From contig MCFE01000258.1 of assembly GCA_002104905.1 (NCBI GenBank), forward strand, positions 47,644-111,643: DNA of 64,000 nt, read 5' to 3'. Every line of letters begins with the position of its first letter. Within the stretch, counting starts at the first letter, position 1. The position numbers were made by a program, and so were the translations under genes. Source of the DNA: Basidiobolus meristosporus CBS 931.73 (taxonomy: Eukaryota > Fungi > Basidiobolomycota). A model generated the notes under the pieces. The model searched no databases. It was not told the DNA's origin and saw only the letters and a list, made by a program, of their open reading frames with translations. This document shows positions 23,701-33,300 of this stretch, piece by piece.

Positions 23701-26700
23701 TCACTGTATCCGAGCCTATGATCACCATTGTTCATACTGTGAGCAACAAAGCTACTCACGAGGTGACCCTTAAGCCCACTACTGATATTGAGGTGACTGT
23801 GACCGAACCGACTGTCACTGTATCCGAGCCTATGATCACCATTGTGCATACTGTGAGCAACAAGGCTACTCACGAGGTGACCCTTAAGCCCACCACTGAT
23901 ATTGAGGTGACTGTGACCGAACCCACCGTCACTGTATCCGAGCCTATGATCACCATTGACCATACTGTGAGTGATAAGGCTACTCATGAGGTGACCCTTA
24001 AGCCCACCACTGATATTGAGGTGACTGTGACCGAACCCACAGTCACTGTATCGGAACCTATGATCACCATTGACCATACTATCAGTGACAAGGCTACACA
24101 TATTGTCACTGTTGAGCCCACCGATTCCGTCGAGGTTACTGTGACTGAGCCAACTGTCACTGTTACCGAGCCTATGGTTACTGTTGATCACACGGTTAGC
24201 GATAAGGCCACACATGAGGTTACAGTTGAACCAACCATCTCTGTCCAGGTAACAGTGACGAAGCCTACTGTCACTGTTGTAGACACCGCTCTTCACACCG
24301 TTACTGATGCTACCGGTGAAACCATCGTTCAAACCATTGTTCACAAAGTCACTGATGCCAAGACTGTAGTCGAGCCTACTGTTACTATTACCGAATCTCG
24401 TCGTGACGATAAGACCACTTCCATTGTTGAGACCGTCGTAGAGCCCACCGTCACTATCGTTGACACCGCTCTCCATACTGTTACTGATGCTAAGACTGTC
24501 GTCGAGCCTACTGTAACTGTTGTCGAATCTCGTGAGGACGGTAAGACTACCTCCATCGTTGAGACCGTTGTCGAGCCCACCGTCACTGTCGTTGATACCG
24601 CCCTTCACACCGTCACTGATGCCACCGGTGAAACTGTTGTACAAACCGCTCTCCACACTGTTACTGATGCTAAGACTGTCGTCGAGCCTACTGTAACTGT
24701 TGTCGAATCTCGTGAGGACGGTAAGACTACCTCCATCGTTGAGACCGTTGTCGAGCCCACCGTCACTGTCGTTAATACCGCCCTTCACACCGTCACTGAT
24801 GTCACCGGTGAAACTATTGTTCAAACCGCTCTCCACACTGTTACTGATGCCAAGACTGTCGTCGAGCCTACTGTAACTGTTGTAGAATCTCGTGAGGACG
24901 ATAAGACCACCTCCATCATTGAGACCGTTGTCGAGCCCACCGTCACTGTCGTTGATACTGCTCTTCACACCGTCACTGATGTCACCGGTGAAACTATTGT
25001 TCAAACCGCTCTCCACACTGTTACTGATGCTAAGACTGTCGTCGAGCCTACTGTAACTGTTGTAGAATCTCGTGAGGACGATAAGACCACCTCCATCATT
25101 GAGACCGTTGTCGAGCCCACCGTCACTGTCGTTAATACCGCCCTTCACACCGTCACTGATGTTACCGGTGAAACTGTTGTTCAAACCGCTCTCCACACTG
25201 TTACTGATGCAAAGACTGTTGTCGAGCCTACTGTAACTGTTGTAGAATCTCGCGAGGACGATAAGACCACCTCCATCGTTGAGACCGTCGTAGAGCCCAC
25301 CGTCACTGTCGTTGATACCGCCCTTCACACCGTCACTGATGTTACCGGTGAAACTATTGTTCAAACCGCTCTCCACACTGTTACTGATGCCAAGACTGTC
25401 GTCGAGCCTACTGTAACTGTTGTAGAATCTCGTGAGGACTATAAGACCACCTCCATCGTTGAGACCGTTGTAGAGCCCACCGTCACTGTCGTTGATACTG
25501 CTCTTCACACCGTCACTGATGTCACCGGTGAAACTGTTGTTCAAACCGCTCTCCACACTGTTACTGATGCAAAGACTGTCGTCGAGCCTACCGTAACTGT
25601 TGTAGAATCTCGTGAGGACGATAAGACCACCTCCATCATTGAGACCGTTGTCGAGCCCACCGTCACTGTCGTTGATACCGCCCTTCACACCGTCACTGAT
25701 GTCACCGGTGAAACTATTGTTCAAACCGCTCTCCACACTGTTACTGATGCTAAGACTGTTGTCGAGCCTACCGTAACTGTTGTAGAATCGCGTGAGGACG
25801 ATAAGACCACCTCCATCATTGAGACCGTCGTAGAGCCCACCGTCACTGTCGTTGATACTGCTCTTCACACCGTTACTGATGTCACCGGTGAAACTGTTGT
25901 ACAAACCGCTCTCCACACTGTTACTGATGCCAAGACTGTCGTCGAGCCTACTGTAACTGTTGTAGAATCTCGTGAGGACGATAAGACCACCTCCATCATT
26001 GAGACCGTTGTCGAGCCCACCGTCACTGTCGTTGATACCGCCCTTCACACCGTCACTGATGTCACCGGTGAAACTATTGTTCAAACCGCTCTCCACACTG
26101 TTACTGATGCTAAGACTGTCGTCGAGCCTACTGTAACTGTTGTAGAATCGCGTGAGGACGATAAGACCACCTCCATCATTGAGACCGTCGTAGAGCCCAC
26201 CGTCACTGTCATTGATACTGCTCTTCACACCATCACTGATGTTACCGGTGAAACCATCGTTCATACCGTAATTCACAAGGTCACTGATGCCAAGACTGTC
26301 GTTGAGCCTACTGTAACTGTTGTAGAATCTCGTGAGGACTATAAGACCAACTCCATCATTAAGACCGTCGTAGAGCCCACCGTCACTGTCATTGATACCG
26401 CTCTTCACACCATCACTGATGTTACCGGTGAAACCATCGTTCATACCGTAATTCACAAGGTCACTGATGCTAAGACTGTCGTTGAGCCTACTGTGACTGT
26501 TGTCGAGTCTCGTGGTGAACAGGTGACTACTTTCATCGACACTATTATCGAGCCTACTGTCACTGTTGTAGATACCGCTCTCCACACTGTTACCGATGTT
26601 ACTGGCGAAACCGTCGTTCGCACCATTGTTCATAAGGTCACTGATGCTGAGACTGTAGCTCAACCCACTGTCACCATTGTTGAATCACGTGGTGAGCACG

Positions 26701-29378
26701 AAACCGCTTCTACCATCGAGACTGTTGTTGAGCCTACTGTCACTGTAGTCGAAACTGCTCTCCACACTGTTACCGATGTAACTGGCGAAACAATCGTTCA
26801 CACCATCATTAATAAGGTTACCGATGCTCAGACGATTGTCGAACCCACCGTTACTGTTGTTGAATCCCGCGCCGACCATATCACTGCTTCTACCATTCAG
26901 ATTGTTGTTGAGCCTACTGTCACTATTGTTGACACTGCCCTTCATACTGTTACCGATGTCACTGGCGAAACAATCGTTCACACCGTCTTTAATAAGGTTA
27001 CCGATGCTGAGACTGCTGCCAGACCCACTGTCACTGTTGTCGAGTCTCTTGATGGTCGAGTAACCGCTTCTACCATTGAGACTGTTGTCGAGCCCACCGT
27101 CACTGTCATTGATACTGCTCTCCACACCGTTACCGATGTCACTGGCGAAACAATCGTTCACACCGTCTTTAATAAGGTTACCGATGCTGAGACTGCTGCC
27201 AGACCCACTGTCACTGTTGTCGAGTCTCTTGATGGTCGAGTAACCGCTTCTACCATTGAGACTGTTGTCGAGCCCACCGTCACTGTCATTGATACTGCTC
27301 TCCACACCGTTACCGATGTCACTGGCGAAACAATCGTTCACACCGTCTTTAATAAGGTTACCGATGCTGAGACTGCTGCCAGACCCACTGTCACTGTTGT
27401 CGAGTCTCTTGATGGTCGAGTAACCGCTTCTACCATTGAGACTGTTGTCGAGCCCACCGTCACTGTCATTGATACTGCTCTCCACACCGTTACCGATGTT
27501 ACTGGTGAAACCATTGTTCACAAGGTCACTGATGCCGAGACTGCTGCCAGACCCACTGTCACTGTTGTCGAGTCTCGTGGTGAACACGTAGTCGCCTCTA
27601 CCATTGAGACTGTGGTTGAGCCCACTGTTACTGTTGTTGACACCGCTCGTCATACCGTCACTGATGTTGTCGGCGAAACAGTCGTTCGCGATGTTACCGA
27701 GGTCCATACTGTTGCTGAACCCACTGGTGCTGTTGTTAGAACACACACCAAGAAGGTAACCGAATCCCGCGTTGAAACAGCTGCCGAGCCTACCGTGACA
27801 GTTGTCGACACATTAATGCGCACCGTTACCGATGTTGTTGGAGAGACTGCTGCCCGTCAGGTCACCGTGGTCGATACCGCTCGCCATACCGTGACTGATG
27901 TTGTGGGTGAAACAGTCACCAGAGCTCCCACCGTTGCTGAACCAACTGTAACCGTCACAGACACCGCTCTTCACACCGTCACAGATGTGGTTGGTGATAC
28001 CATTGCCCATGAAGTGACCGAGGTCCGTACTGTTGCTGAACCAACTGTAACGATTGTTGATTCCAGTGTTCACACTGTTACCGATGTAATTGGTGAGCCT
28101 GTGGCCCATGTGGTTACCGCTGAGCCTGTTGTTACCATCGTTGAAACCCTGGTCGGAGAAGCAACAGGAGTCCGTGTTGAAACTGTTGTTGACGAGCCTA
28201 CTGCGACCGTGGTGGACACTGTCACCGATGTCGTTGATAAGACAGTCGCTCAAGTCCAACCTACCGTCACTGTCGTCGAAACTCTTGGTGGAAACGTGGA
28301 AGGTACGAAGGCTGAAACAGTTGCCGAGCCTACTGTGACCGTAGTAGACAACACTCTTTACACTGTTACCAAAGTTGTAGGTGGCACGGTGGCTCAAGCG
28401 CAACCGACTGTTACCGTCATCGAAACTGTTGTTGGTAATGTAGCAGGTACCAAGGTCGAAACAGTCGTGGAACCTACCGTGACTGTTGTAGACACCGATC
28501 GTCGTACTTTCACCGAAGTCATTGGTGCTTCAGTGGCTGAAGCTGAACCTACCGTCACCATCGTCGAAACCCTTGTAGGCAATGTTGCCGGTACCAAGGT
28601 CGAAACAGTCGTGGAGCCTACTGTGACTGTTGTAGACACTGATCGTCGTACTTTCACCGAAGTCATTGGTGCTTCAGTGGCTGAAGCTAAACCTACCGTC
28701 ACCATCGTCGAAACCCTTGTAGGCAATGTTGCCGGTACCAAGGTCGAAACAGTCGTCGAACCTACCGTGACTGTTGTAGACACTGATCGTCGTACTTTCA
28801 CCGAAGTTATTGGTGAGACAGTGGCTGAAGCTGAACCTACCGTCACCATCGTCGAAACCGTTGTAGGCAATGTAGCCGGTACCAAGGTCGAAACAATCGT
28901 GGAGCCCACCGTGACTGTGATGGGCAGCGCTTTCCAAACCGTCACCGAAGTGATTGGTGGGACAGCTGTTCATGAGATTACCGGAGCTCTACCCACTGTG
29001 ACTATTGTTGAAACTCTCAGCGGAGATGTCGTTGGCACTAGATTCGAAACAGTTGCTGAGCCTACTGTCACCATCGTAGAATCAGTGGAGAGTCTGAGAA
29101 CCGTATATGAAACCGTCGGGGTACCTACGGGCGTCGTATCCGATGTTTGCGGAACTGACTTTGTCACAGTCACAACCACTGTCACAGTAACCAGCGATGC
29201 TGCTACTGCCAGCCCTACCGTCTCCACAGGCTGTGTTGATGGCCGTTATAGCTGCTTGGACTCCGGGGCGTCCTCCACATTCTTCGTATGCGCAGAAGGA
29301 CGCCTCATTCGCAACCACTGTGCCAGCGGGACTGTCTGCAAATCCGCAGGAGACTCCATCGTTTGCGACTGGGCGTAA
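20751..29378 (+). CDS. Giant secreted mucin/adhesin-like protein (2875 aa) with Cys-rich CBM19-like modules
   Basis: Uninterrupted ORF. Signal peptide MRFATSLVVGFALLLIAES, possible KR processing site, two identical 6-Cys modules, S/H/K/E repeats, T/V/E/P repeats (114- and 180-bp units), C-terminal 6-Cys module ending CDWA. The track's TTG start at 20742 is less likely than the ATG at 20751. Confidence 0.9.
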   Translation: MRFATSLVVGFALLLIAESYPQQLSPLSKEQTHKYESQFSTLNKRSDYDSYASQTREEYCQKNPNTALVCADSNKSAMMYKCTGGKLLHSACAIGQVCRMMDFFGQFQAVCAELPPNMSTSTSHSVSHTSKKQHSTSEEAKSTSTKTHESSRSEETKSTSTKTQEPEQSTGASHSASHTSKKEHSTSEETKSTSTKPHEPEKSTSASHSASHTSKKEHSTSEETKSTSTKPHEPEKSTSASHSASHTSKKEHSLSGETKSTSTKTHESNKSEETKSTSTKTQEPKKSTSVSHSVSHTSKKEHSTSEEAKSTSTKAHETNRSEETKSTSTKPQTREEYCQKNPNTALVCADSNKSAMMYKCTGGKLLHSACAIGQVCRMMDFFGQFQAVCAELPPNMSTSTSHSVSHTSKKQHSTSEEAKSTSTKTHESSRSEETKSTSTKTQEPEQSTGASHSASHTSKKEHSTSEETKSTSTKPHEPEKSTSASHSASHTSKKEHRPSEETKSTSTKTHESNKSEETKSTSTKTEEPNKSTSASHSVSHTSEKEHSTSEEAKFTSMKTHESSKSKETEPTSTKLPPQQKKIQAEHTSETSKTKARPTVTEPIVTVTEPAVTVKHTVSDTRQPEVTLTPTASVIVTVKEPVVTVTKPTSTLLHTVRNSMRSKVTLRPVASVNVTITEPTVTIMKPTSVIKHTISEKAKSEVTLKPVVSAEVTVTEPTKTVTEPPVTIKHTFSVKRSSEVTLRPVDSVGVTITEPTVTITKPTSTIHHTVSEKPRSEVTLRPSASVEVTITEPTVTVTKPDSTIVRTFSDKPKSEITITPVVSADVTVTEPTVTLTKPMLTIVHTMSDKPTNEVTLKPTTDIEVTVTKPTVTVSEPMITIVHTVTNKANHEVTLKPTIAVEVTVTEPTVTVSKPMITIDHTVSDKPTHEVTLKPTTDIEVTVTEPTVTVSEPMITIVHTVSNKATHEVTLKPTTDIEVTVTKPTVTVSEPMITIVHTVSNKATHEVTLKPTTDIEVTVTEPTVTVSEPMITIVHTVSNKATHEVTLKPTTDIEVTVTEPTVTVSEPMITIDHTVSDKATHEVTLKPTTDIEVTVTEPTVTVSEPMITIDHTISDKATHIVTVEPTDSVEVTVTEPTVTVTEPMVTVDHTVSDKATHEVTVEPTISVQVTVTKPTVTVVDTALHTVTDATGETIVQTIVHKVTDAKTVVEPTVTITESRRDDKTTSIVETVVEPTVTIVDTALHTVTDAKTVVEPTVTVVESREDGKTTSIVETVVEPTVTVVDTALHTVTDATGETVVQTALHTVTDAKTVVEPTVTVVESREDGKTTSIVETVVEPTVTVVNTALHTVTDVTGETIVQTALHTVTDAKTVVEPTVTVVESREDDKTTSIIETVVEPTVTVVDTALHTVTDVTGETIVQTALHTVTDAKTVVEPTVTVVESREDDKTTSIIETVVEPTVTVVNTALHTVTDVTGETVVQTALHTVTDAKTVVEPTVTVVESREDDKTTSIVETVVEPTVTVVDTALHTVTDVTGETIVQTALHTVTDAKTVVEPTVTVVESREDYKTTSIVETVVEPTVTVVDTALHTVTDVTGETVVQTALHTVTDAKTVVEPTVTVVESREDDKTTSIIETVVEPTVTVVDTALHTVTDVTGETIVQTALHTVTDAKTVVEPTVTVVESREDDKTTSIIETVVEPTVTVVDTALHTVTDVTGETVVQTALHTVTDAKTVVEPTVTVVESREDDKTTSIIETVVEPTVTVVDTALHTVTDVTGETIVQTALHTVTDAKTVVEPTVTVVESREDDKTTSIIETVVEPTVTVIDTALHTITDVTGETIVHTVIHKVTDAKTVVEPTVTVVESREDYKTNSIIKTVVEPTVTVIDTALHTITDVTGETIVHTVIHKVTDAKTVVEPTVTVVESRGEQVTTFIDTIIEPTVTVVDTALHTVTDVTGETVVRTIVHKVTDAETVAQPTVTIVESRGEHETASTIETVVEPTVTVVETALHTVTDVTGETIVHTIINKVTDAQTIVEPTVTVVESRADHITASTIQIVVEPTVTIVDTALHTVTDVTGETIVHTVFNKVTDAETAARPTVTVVESLDGRVTASTIETVVEPTVTVIDTALHTVTDVTGETIVHTVFNKVTDAETAARPTVTVVESLDGRVTASTIETVVEPTVTVIDTALHTVTDVTGETIVHTVFNKVTDAETAARPTVTVVESLDGRVTASTIETVVEPTVTVIDTALHTVTDVTGETIVHKVTDAETAARPTVTVVESRGEHVVASTIETVVEPTVTVVDTARHTVTDVVGETVVRDVTEVHTVAEPTGAVVRTHTKKVTESRVETAAEPTVTVVDTLMRTVTDVVGETAARQVTVVDTARHTVTDVVGETVTRAPTVAEPTVTVTDTALHTVTDVVGDTIAHEVTEVRTVAEPTVTIVDSSVHTVTDVIGEPVAHVVTAEPVVTIVETLVGEATGVRVETVVDEPTATVVDTVTDVVDKTVAQVQPTVTVVETLGGNVEGTKAETVAEPTVTVVDNTLYTVTKVVGGTVAQAQPTVTVIETVVGNVAGTKVETVVEPTVTVVDTDRRTFTEVIGASVAEAEPTVTIVETLVGNVAGTKVETVVEPTVTVVDTDRRTFTEVIGASVAEAKPTVTIVETLVGNVAGTKVETVVEPTVTVVDTDRRTFTEVIGETVAEAEPTVTIVETVVGNVAGTKVETIVEPTVTVMGSAFQTVTEVIGGTAVHEITGALPTVTIVETLSGDVVGTRFETVAEPTVTIVESVESLRTVYETVGVPTGVVSDVCGTDFVTVTTTVTVTSDAATASPTVSTGCVDGRYSCLDSGASSTFFVCAEGRLIRNHCASGTVCKSAGDSIVCDWA
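24360..27540 (+). repeat. Coding tandem array of 180-bp (60-aa) units
   Basis: ttactgatgc recurs at 24481, 24661, 24841 and on to 26101, a strict 180-bp period. The units diverge towards the 3' end. Confidence 0.9.
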
Positions 29379-29455
29379 TCCCCCATCAGCATTAGAAGTG
29401 AAAAATAGACCCATTTTAGAAAATAGCATGTTTATACCAGGTGAACAATCAATTA

Positions 29456-29461
29456 AATAAA
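29456..29461 (+). terminator. Putative polyadenylation signal of gene 1
   Basis: AATAAA 78 nt after the stop codon. Confidence 0.4.
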
Positions 29462-30271
29462 GTATACCATTGACACCATCTTCTCGCCCCAACCGATTAC
29501 TTTGTGTCCCTTTGAGGGGTGTGCAAGCACCAGCTGATCCGTTGATCCCGATGGGCAGCGACATTGGGTAAATATATCAGCCGGCAATGAGGCTTTTTGT
29601 GGGATCAAGCACCGTCGATTAGTCTTCGTAGACGATCGCCTTCGATAAGATCATGCGCATTTATGGCAACGGCAGGGACTTTTTTTAGGATCCTATCGGC
29701 CTCCAACTCAGAACACCGTGGAAACAATGAGGTTGTATGCCAACAAGAGTCTCCAAGAATCAGTTCCGGGGTGGATTTTGGCGCGCAATTCGATACCAGG
29801 CGGGGATTTCTGAATCACGGTCGGTGAGGGTACTTCGGTAATGGAAGTTTTGGACAAACACGAAAAACCCGTTCGGAGCATCTGAACTCAGTAACTGGTT
29901 TGGAAATATTTCGGCATCAGGTCGCTGGAAACCACTGTCCCCGTGACTCAGGATGATCCGCGCTATTGATTGATCGTAGATTATCCTTCGGAGTAGGAAT
30001 TTCGTCCCACCGATCCCCTGGATCCTTCAGCATTATTCAGGGAATGTTGTATAGTGGTGTCCTACAGCCGATCCAGCAAGAATAGCTTAGTCGGGTGTGG
30101 GGCAAGCAAAAGCAATTAGAAAATCTAGAAAGCGCCACCGATGTGAAATCAGCATGAATTTCTAGGGAACTGAAAATTGGGGGGAGGGTTGAAAACGCGA
30201 TTGAGTACTTATGGCAACATCCACCAATCACAGCGAAGTCAATGGGGTGATGGGTTGCTATTACATTAAAC

Positions 30272-30277
30272 TTTATT
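30272..30277 (-). terminator. Putative polyadenylation signal of gene 2
   Basis: AATAAA on the minus strand, 62 nt after the stop codon. Confidence 0.4.
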
Positions 30278-30338
30278 AATAATATTTACATGCGGTCTCA
30301 CTTGGGTAGCGCTTCTCTAACGAAAGATCAGTTGGCGT

Positions 30339-33300
30339 CTAGTGCCAGTCACAAATGATGGAGTGGCCGACCGATTTACAAACAGTGCCGCTGGCGCATC
30401 GGTTTTCGATTAATCGCCCATTGATACAGACCGAGAATGAGGGAGATACGTCGGAGTCCAAGCACCTGTATTGACCTTCCACGCATTCTGCCACATTGTT
30501 CTGGGCTGCCGTAGGGGCCTCGTAAATCACTGTGACAGTAGTTGTGACCGTCACATACTCCGTCCCGCAAACATTTGCTGATATTCTTGTGGGCTCAACG
30601 GTGGCTTCATAGGCGGTATGGGTAATCACGCTATTGTTGGATTTTGCAACAGTGACAGTAGGATGAACCAAGGGCTGAGTGCTGGTGACTACATGTGCCA
30701 ATGACTCATCCACAGTGTCGGTAAAAATACGAATGCCGGCATAGGTAACCTTATGATGAATGCTATGAGCCATAGTTTCGCCAGTAGAATCAGTAACAGC
30801 GTGGAGAGCAGTACCGACTACAGTGACGGTGGGCTCAACAACGGTCTGAGCATTATTAACCTTATTAACAATGGTGTGAGCGATAGCTTTGCCAGTCACC
30901 TCAGTAATAGTGTGAAGAGCAGTATCGTCAACAGTGACAGTAGGTTCAACAACAGTCTCAAAAGTAGAAGTGATCACATCCGCACCACGAGATTCAACAA
31001 CACTGACAGTGGGTCTGACAGCAGTCTCAGCGTCGGTACCCTTGTGAACGATAGTGTGGACAACAGTTTCACCAGTAACTTCGGTAACGGTAGGCTCGGC
31101 AACTGTTTCAACCTTCGTACCTTCCACGTTTCCACCAAGAGTTTCGACGACAGTGACGGTAGGTTGGACTTGAGCGACTGTCTTATCAACGACATCGGTG
31201 ACAGTGTCCACCACGGTCGCAGTAGGCTCGTCAACAACAGTTTCAACACGGACTCCTGTTGCTTCTCCGACCAGGGTTTCAACGATGGTAACAACAGGCT
31301 CAGCGGTAACCACATGGGCCACAGGCTCACCAATTACATCGGTAACAGTGTGAACACTGGAATCAACAATCGTTACAGTTGGTTCAGCAACAGTACGGAC
31401 CTCGGTCACTTCATGGGCAATGGTATCACCAACCACATCTGTGACGGTGTGAAGAGCGGTGTCTGTGACGGTTACGGTTGGTTCAGCAACGGTGGGAGCT
31501 CTGGTGACTGTTTCACCCACAACATCAGTCACGGTATGGCGAGCGGTATCGACCACGGTGACCTGACGGGCAGCAGTCTCTCCAACAACATTGGTAACGG
31601 TGCGCATTAATGTGTCGACAACTGTCACGGTAGGCTCGGCAGCTGTTTCAACGCGGGATTCGGTTACCTTCTTGGTGTGTGTTCTAACAACAGCACCAGT
31701 GGGTTCAGCAACAGTATGGACCTCGGTAACATCGCGAACGACTGTTTCGCCGACAACATCAGTGACGGTATGACGAGCGGTGTCAACAACAGTAACAGTG
31801 GGCTCAACCACAGTCTCAATGGTAGAGGCGACTACGTGTTCACCACGAGACTCGACAACAGTGACAGTGGGTCTGGCAGCAGTCTCGGCATCAGTGACCT
31901 TGTGAACAATGGTTTCACCAGTAACATCGGTAACGGTGTGGAGAGCAGTATCAATGACAGTGACGGTGGGCTCGACAACAATCTCAATGGTAGAAGCGGT
32001 TACTCGACCATCAAGAGACTCGACAACAGTGACAGTGGGTCTGGCAGCAGTCTCGGCATCAGTGACCTTGTGAACAATGGTTTCACCAGTAACATCGGTA
32101 ACGGTGTGGAGAGCAGTATCAATGACAGTGACGGTGGGCTCGACAACAGTCTCAATGGTAGAAGCGGTTACTCGACCATCAAGAGACTCGACAACAGTGA
32201 CAGTGGGTCTGGCAGCAGTCTCAGCATCGGTAACCTTATTAAAGACGGTGTGAACGATTGTTTCGCCAGTGACATCGGTAACAGTGTGGAGAGCAGTATC
32301 AGTAATCGTGAAGGTGGGGTCATCTACAGTCTCAATGGTAGAAGCGATCACACTACGAGATCCAACAACAGTAGAAGCGGGCTGGACAATTGTAGTAGCA
32401 TCGGTAACCTTGTGAGTCTCGGTTTTATCCTTTGTTTCATCCGTAATGTCGGTAACGGTGTGGAGAGTGGTGTCGACCACAATGACGGTGGGCCCAGCTA
32501 CGGTTTCTATAGTGGAAGCAATCACGTACTTGCTATGAGGCTTGACAACAGTGACAGTAGGTCTGACAATAGTCTCAGCTTCAGTAACCTTGTGAACAAC
32601 CGTGTGAACAATAGTATCGCCAGTAACGTCAGTAACAGTATGAAGAGTAGTATCGAACACAGTGACGCTGGGCTTAACAAGAGTCTGAATGGCAGAAGTG
32701 GTTATGTGTTCACTACGAGATTCCGCAAGAGTGGCAGTGGGTCTGACAACAGTCTCGGTATTGGTAACAATATGGACCACGGTTCCGCCAGTAACATCGG
32801 TAACAGTATGGAGAGCTGTGTCAATACCAGTGACAGTAGGCTCAGCTATGGTTTTTATGGTAAAAGTACGGGTTCCTCCAGTTTTAATGACCGCTAGGGT
32901 TTCCGTCAGTTTCTTTGATTGTCTCCCAGTTATGAGGCGATCAACCGTAGCTGACTTACCAGTGATAGTAACCTCGACTGAGCTGACATGTTCAATAGTG
33001 ACTTCCTTTGATTGGCTCACATTGACTGAGTGCTCAATAGTAGCTGGCTTTCTAGTGACAGTAATAGTGGGCTGGGTCAGAGTAACATCAGCAGAGCTAA
33101 CTGGCTGAATGGACACTCCCTCTGATTGTCTCGCAGTTACAGACTGTTCAACAGTAACTGATTTCTCAGTAATCGTGATGGTTGGTTGACTCAAAGTGAT
33201 ATCGACTGAGCTGACTGGTCGGATAGTTGCTTCCTTTGAGGGCCTTACAGTTACTGAATGCTCAACACTAGCTGGCTTTTCAGTGACATTAATAGTGGGC

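Noticed and set aside
23151-33108. Long antisense ORFs (1170, 353, 406, 285 aa and others) opposite the giant genes
   Set aside because: They are shadow frames caused by repetitive Thr/Val/Glu codons, mirror the sense repeats, and have no independent features.
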